Source: Vulcanimicrobiota bacterium (GTDB lineage Bacteria; Vulcanimicrobiota; Vulcanimicrobiia; Vulcanimicrobiales; Vulcanimicrobiaceae). Taken from it: a stretch of DNA of 64,000 nucleotides. The notes beneath the pieces were generated by a model. That model made no database searches, was not told where the DNA came from, and saw only the letters and a program-made list of their open reading frames with translations. The position numbers were made by a program, and so were the translations under genes. Below are positions 62,847 to 64,000 of this stretch, piece after piece (the first letter of the stretch is position 1; every line of letters begins with the position of its first letter). Location of the stretch: the NCBI GenBank assembly GCA_963723445.1, contig CAVRQP010000009.1, positions 24,623 through 88,622 of the forward strand, given 5' to 3'.

Positions 62847-63182
62847 ATGCAGCACACCAACGAGCTGATTCCCGCCGAGCTGACGCTGGGCGTGGCCGAC
62901 CTCGACGCGACCGAGCAGTTCTATCGCGAGCGGCTGGGCATCGAAACGACGCGCCACGGTGACGCGATCCGGATCGTGCTCGGCGAGTTCACGCTCGTCT
63001 TCGAGCACGCGCCGCCGACGGAGCGCGCGAAGTTCGAGCTCGGCCTGCGCGTGCCCGAACCCGCGATGCTCGATGCGATCGCGGAGCGCGTCGGCGTCGC
63101 GACGTACGCGCGCGACGGCGGCGGGCGCGCGATCTTCGTCACCGACCCCGACCACTACACGATCGAGATCTTCGTCCGCTAG
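62847..63182 (+). CDS. VOC family protein
   Basis: LGVADL.A..QFYRE.LG, FVTDPDHYTIE. Confidence 0.8.
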   Translation: MQHTNELIPAELTLGVADLDATEQFYRERLGIETTRHGDAIRIVLGEFTLVFEHAPPTERAKFELGLRVPEPAMLDAIAERVGVATYARDGGGRAIFVTDPDHYTIEIFVR

Positions 63183-63217
63183 GCTGCGATGGGTCCTTCG
63201 CTGCTCCTCGCATTCTC

Positions 63218-63928
63218 GTGACCGCGGCGGCCGGCAGCGGGGCTGACGAGTATTGCGAAGCGATACGCGAAGCCGGGGCCGAGCCGATCGTGGTCACGGC
63301 CGGCGCGGACCGACCGCTCTCCGAGGTCGACGGGTTGCTCGTGACGGGCGGCGGCGATGTCGATCCGGCGCTGTACGGAAGCAGCTCGACGCGCGCGTCC
63401 GACGTCGATGCCGCGAGAGACGCCTTCGAAGGCGCCCTGCTGTGCGGCGCGCGCGATCGCGGCTTACCGACCCTGTGCATCTGTCGCGGCGTGCAGATCG
63501 CCAACGTCGCGTTCGGCGGCTCGCTTTTTCCCGACCTGCCGGCCGAACTTGGTCCCAACGCCGCGGTGCCGCACCGCGTCACCGCTCCCGGCGGCCGCGC
63601 GCTGCGCGAGCTCATACCGCAACACGTCGTGCACATCGAGCCCGCCAGCTCGTTGGCTCGTCTGGTCGGAACGTTGCGCCTCACGACCGGCAGCAGGCAC
63701 CATCAGGCGGTGGCCCGATGTGCGAGCGACCTGCGGGTCGTTGCGCGCACCGAGGACGGCGTCGTCGAAGCCCTCGAACCGGGATTCGATTCATCGTTTT
63801 GGCTTGGCGTGCAATGGCACCCGGAGTCGACTCGAGACGCCGACGGCGGCGCCAGCCGCCGGATCTTCAGCGGGTTCGTCGTTGCCGCGAGCCGTATGCA
63901 GCGGGGGGCCGCGGACCGGAGCGGCTAG
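63218..63928 (+). CDS. Peptidase C26 / gamma-glutamyl-GABA hydrolase (PuuD-like); start may lie slightly upstream
   Basis: DGLLVTGGGDVDP..YG, RD.FE, CICRG.Q..NVAFGG, HHQAV, GVQWHPE. Confidence 0.9.
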   Translation: MTAAAGSGADEYCEAIREAGAEPIVVTAGADRPLSEVDGLLVTGGGDVDPALYGSSSTRASDVDAARDAFEGALLCGARDRGLPTLCICRGVQIANVAFGGSLFPDLPAELGPNAAVPHRVTAPGGRALRELIPQHVVHIEPASSLARLVGTLRLTTGSRHHQAVARCASDLRVVARTEDGVVEALEPGFDSSFWLGVQWHPESTRDADGGASRRIFSGFVVAASRMQRGAADRSG

Positions 63929-64000
63929 GCGGTGCGGACGATGCGGAGCCGCGGGCGGCGTTCGGCGCGCAGAAGCGACTCCAGAGCGGCGGAAGACTGC

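Overview
A GC-rich bacterial chromosomal window with about 60 genes, mostly accessory stress, detoxification, envelope and catabolic functions, ending in a housekeeping block: rpsR-rplI-Lon-family protease-dnaB. The dnaB gene carries a mini-intein. I saw no rRNA, tRNA, CRISPR array, transposase or prophage gene. Gene content suggests a Terrabacteria-type diderm, possibly Ca. Eremiobacterota; this is inference from the stalk-domain and Pro/Ser-rich secreted proteins, an OmpA lipoprotein and the Firmicutes-like rplI-lon-dnaB order. About 20 single-base frameshifts, two inside essential dnaB, point to long-read indel errors, so most split genes are probably intact. A separate set of true remnants with large internal deletions is also present (aqpZ, GGDEF-EAL, DUF1254/DUF1214, a VOC gene and one hypothetical). 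The most interesting observations are: (1) an orphan DppB-DppC fusion permease lacking both ATPase-coupling (EAA) loops; (2) an uncharacterised PIG-L/NodS/GT2/acyl-CoA dehydrogenase cassette; (3) a beta-propeller/MoaD/YciI/ECF/VOC operon; (4) an ECF sigma factor coupled to an Ogt-Ada fusion; (5) a structured leader before an rpsR that has no rpsF; (6) a shared operator at two HxlR loci; (7) a dispersed REP-like repeat family; (8) a MoxR-DUF58 operon with no transglutaminase. All family assignments come from motif recognition by eye, not database searches.
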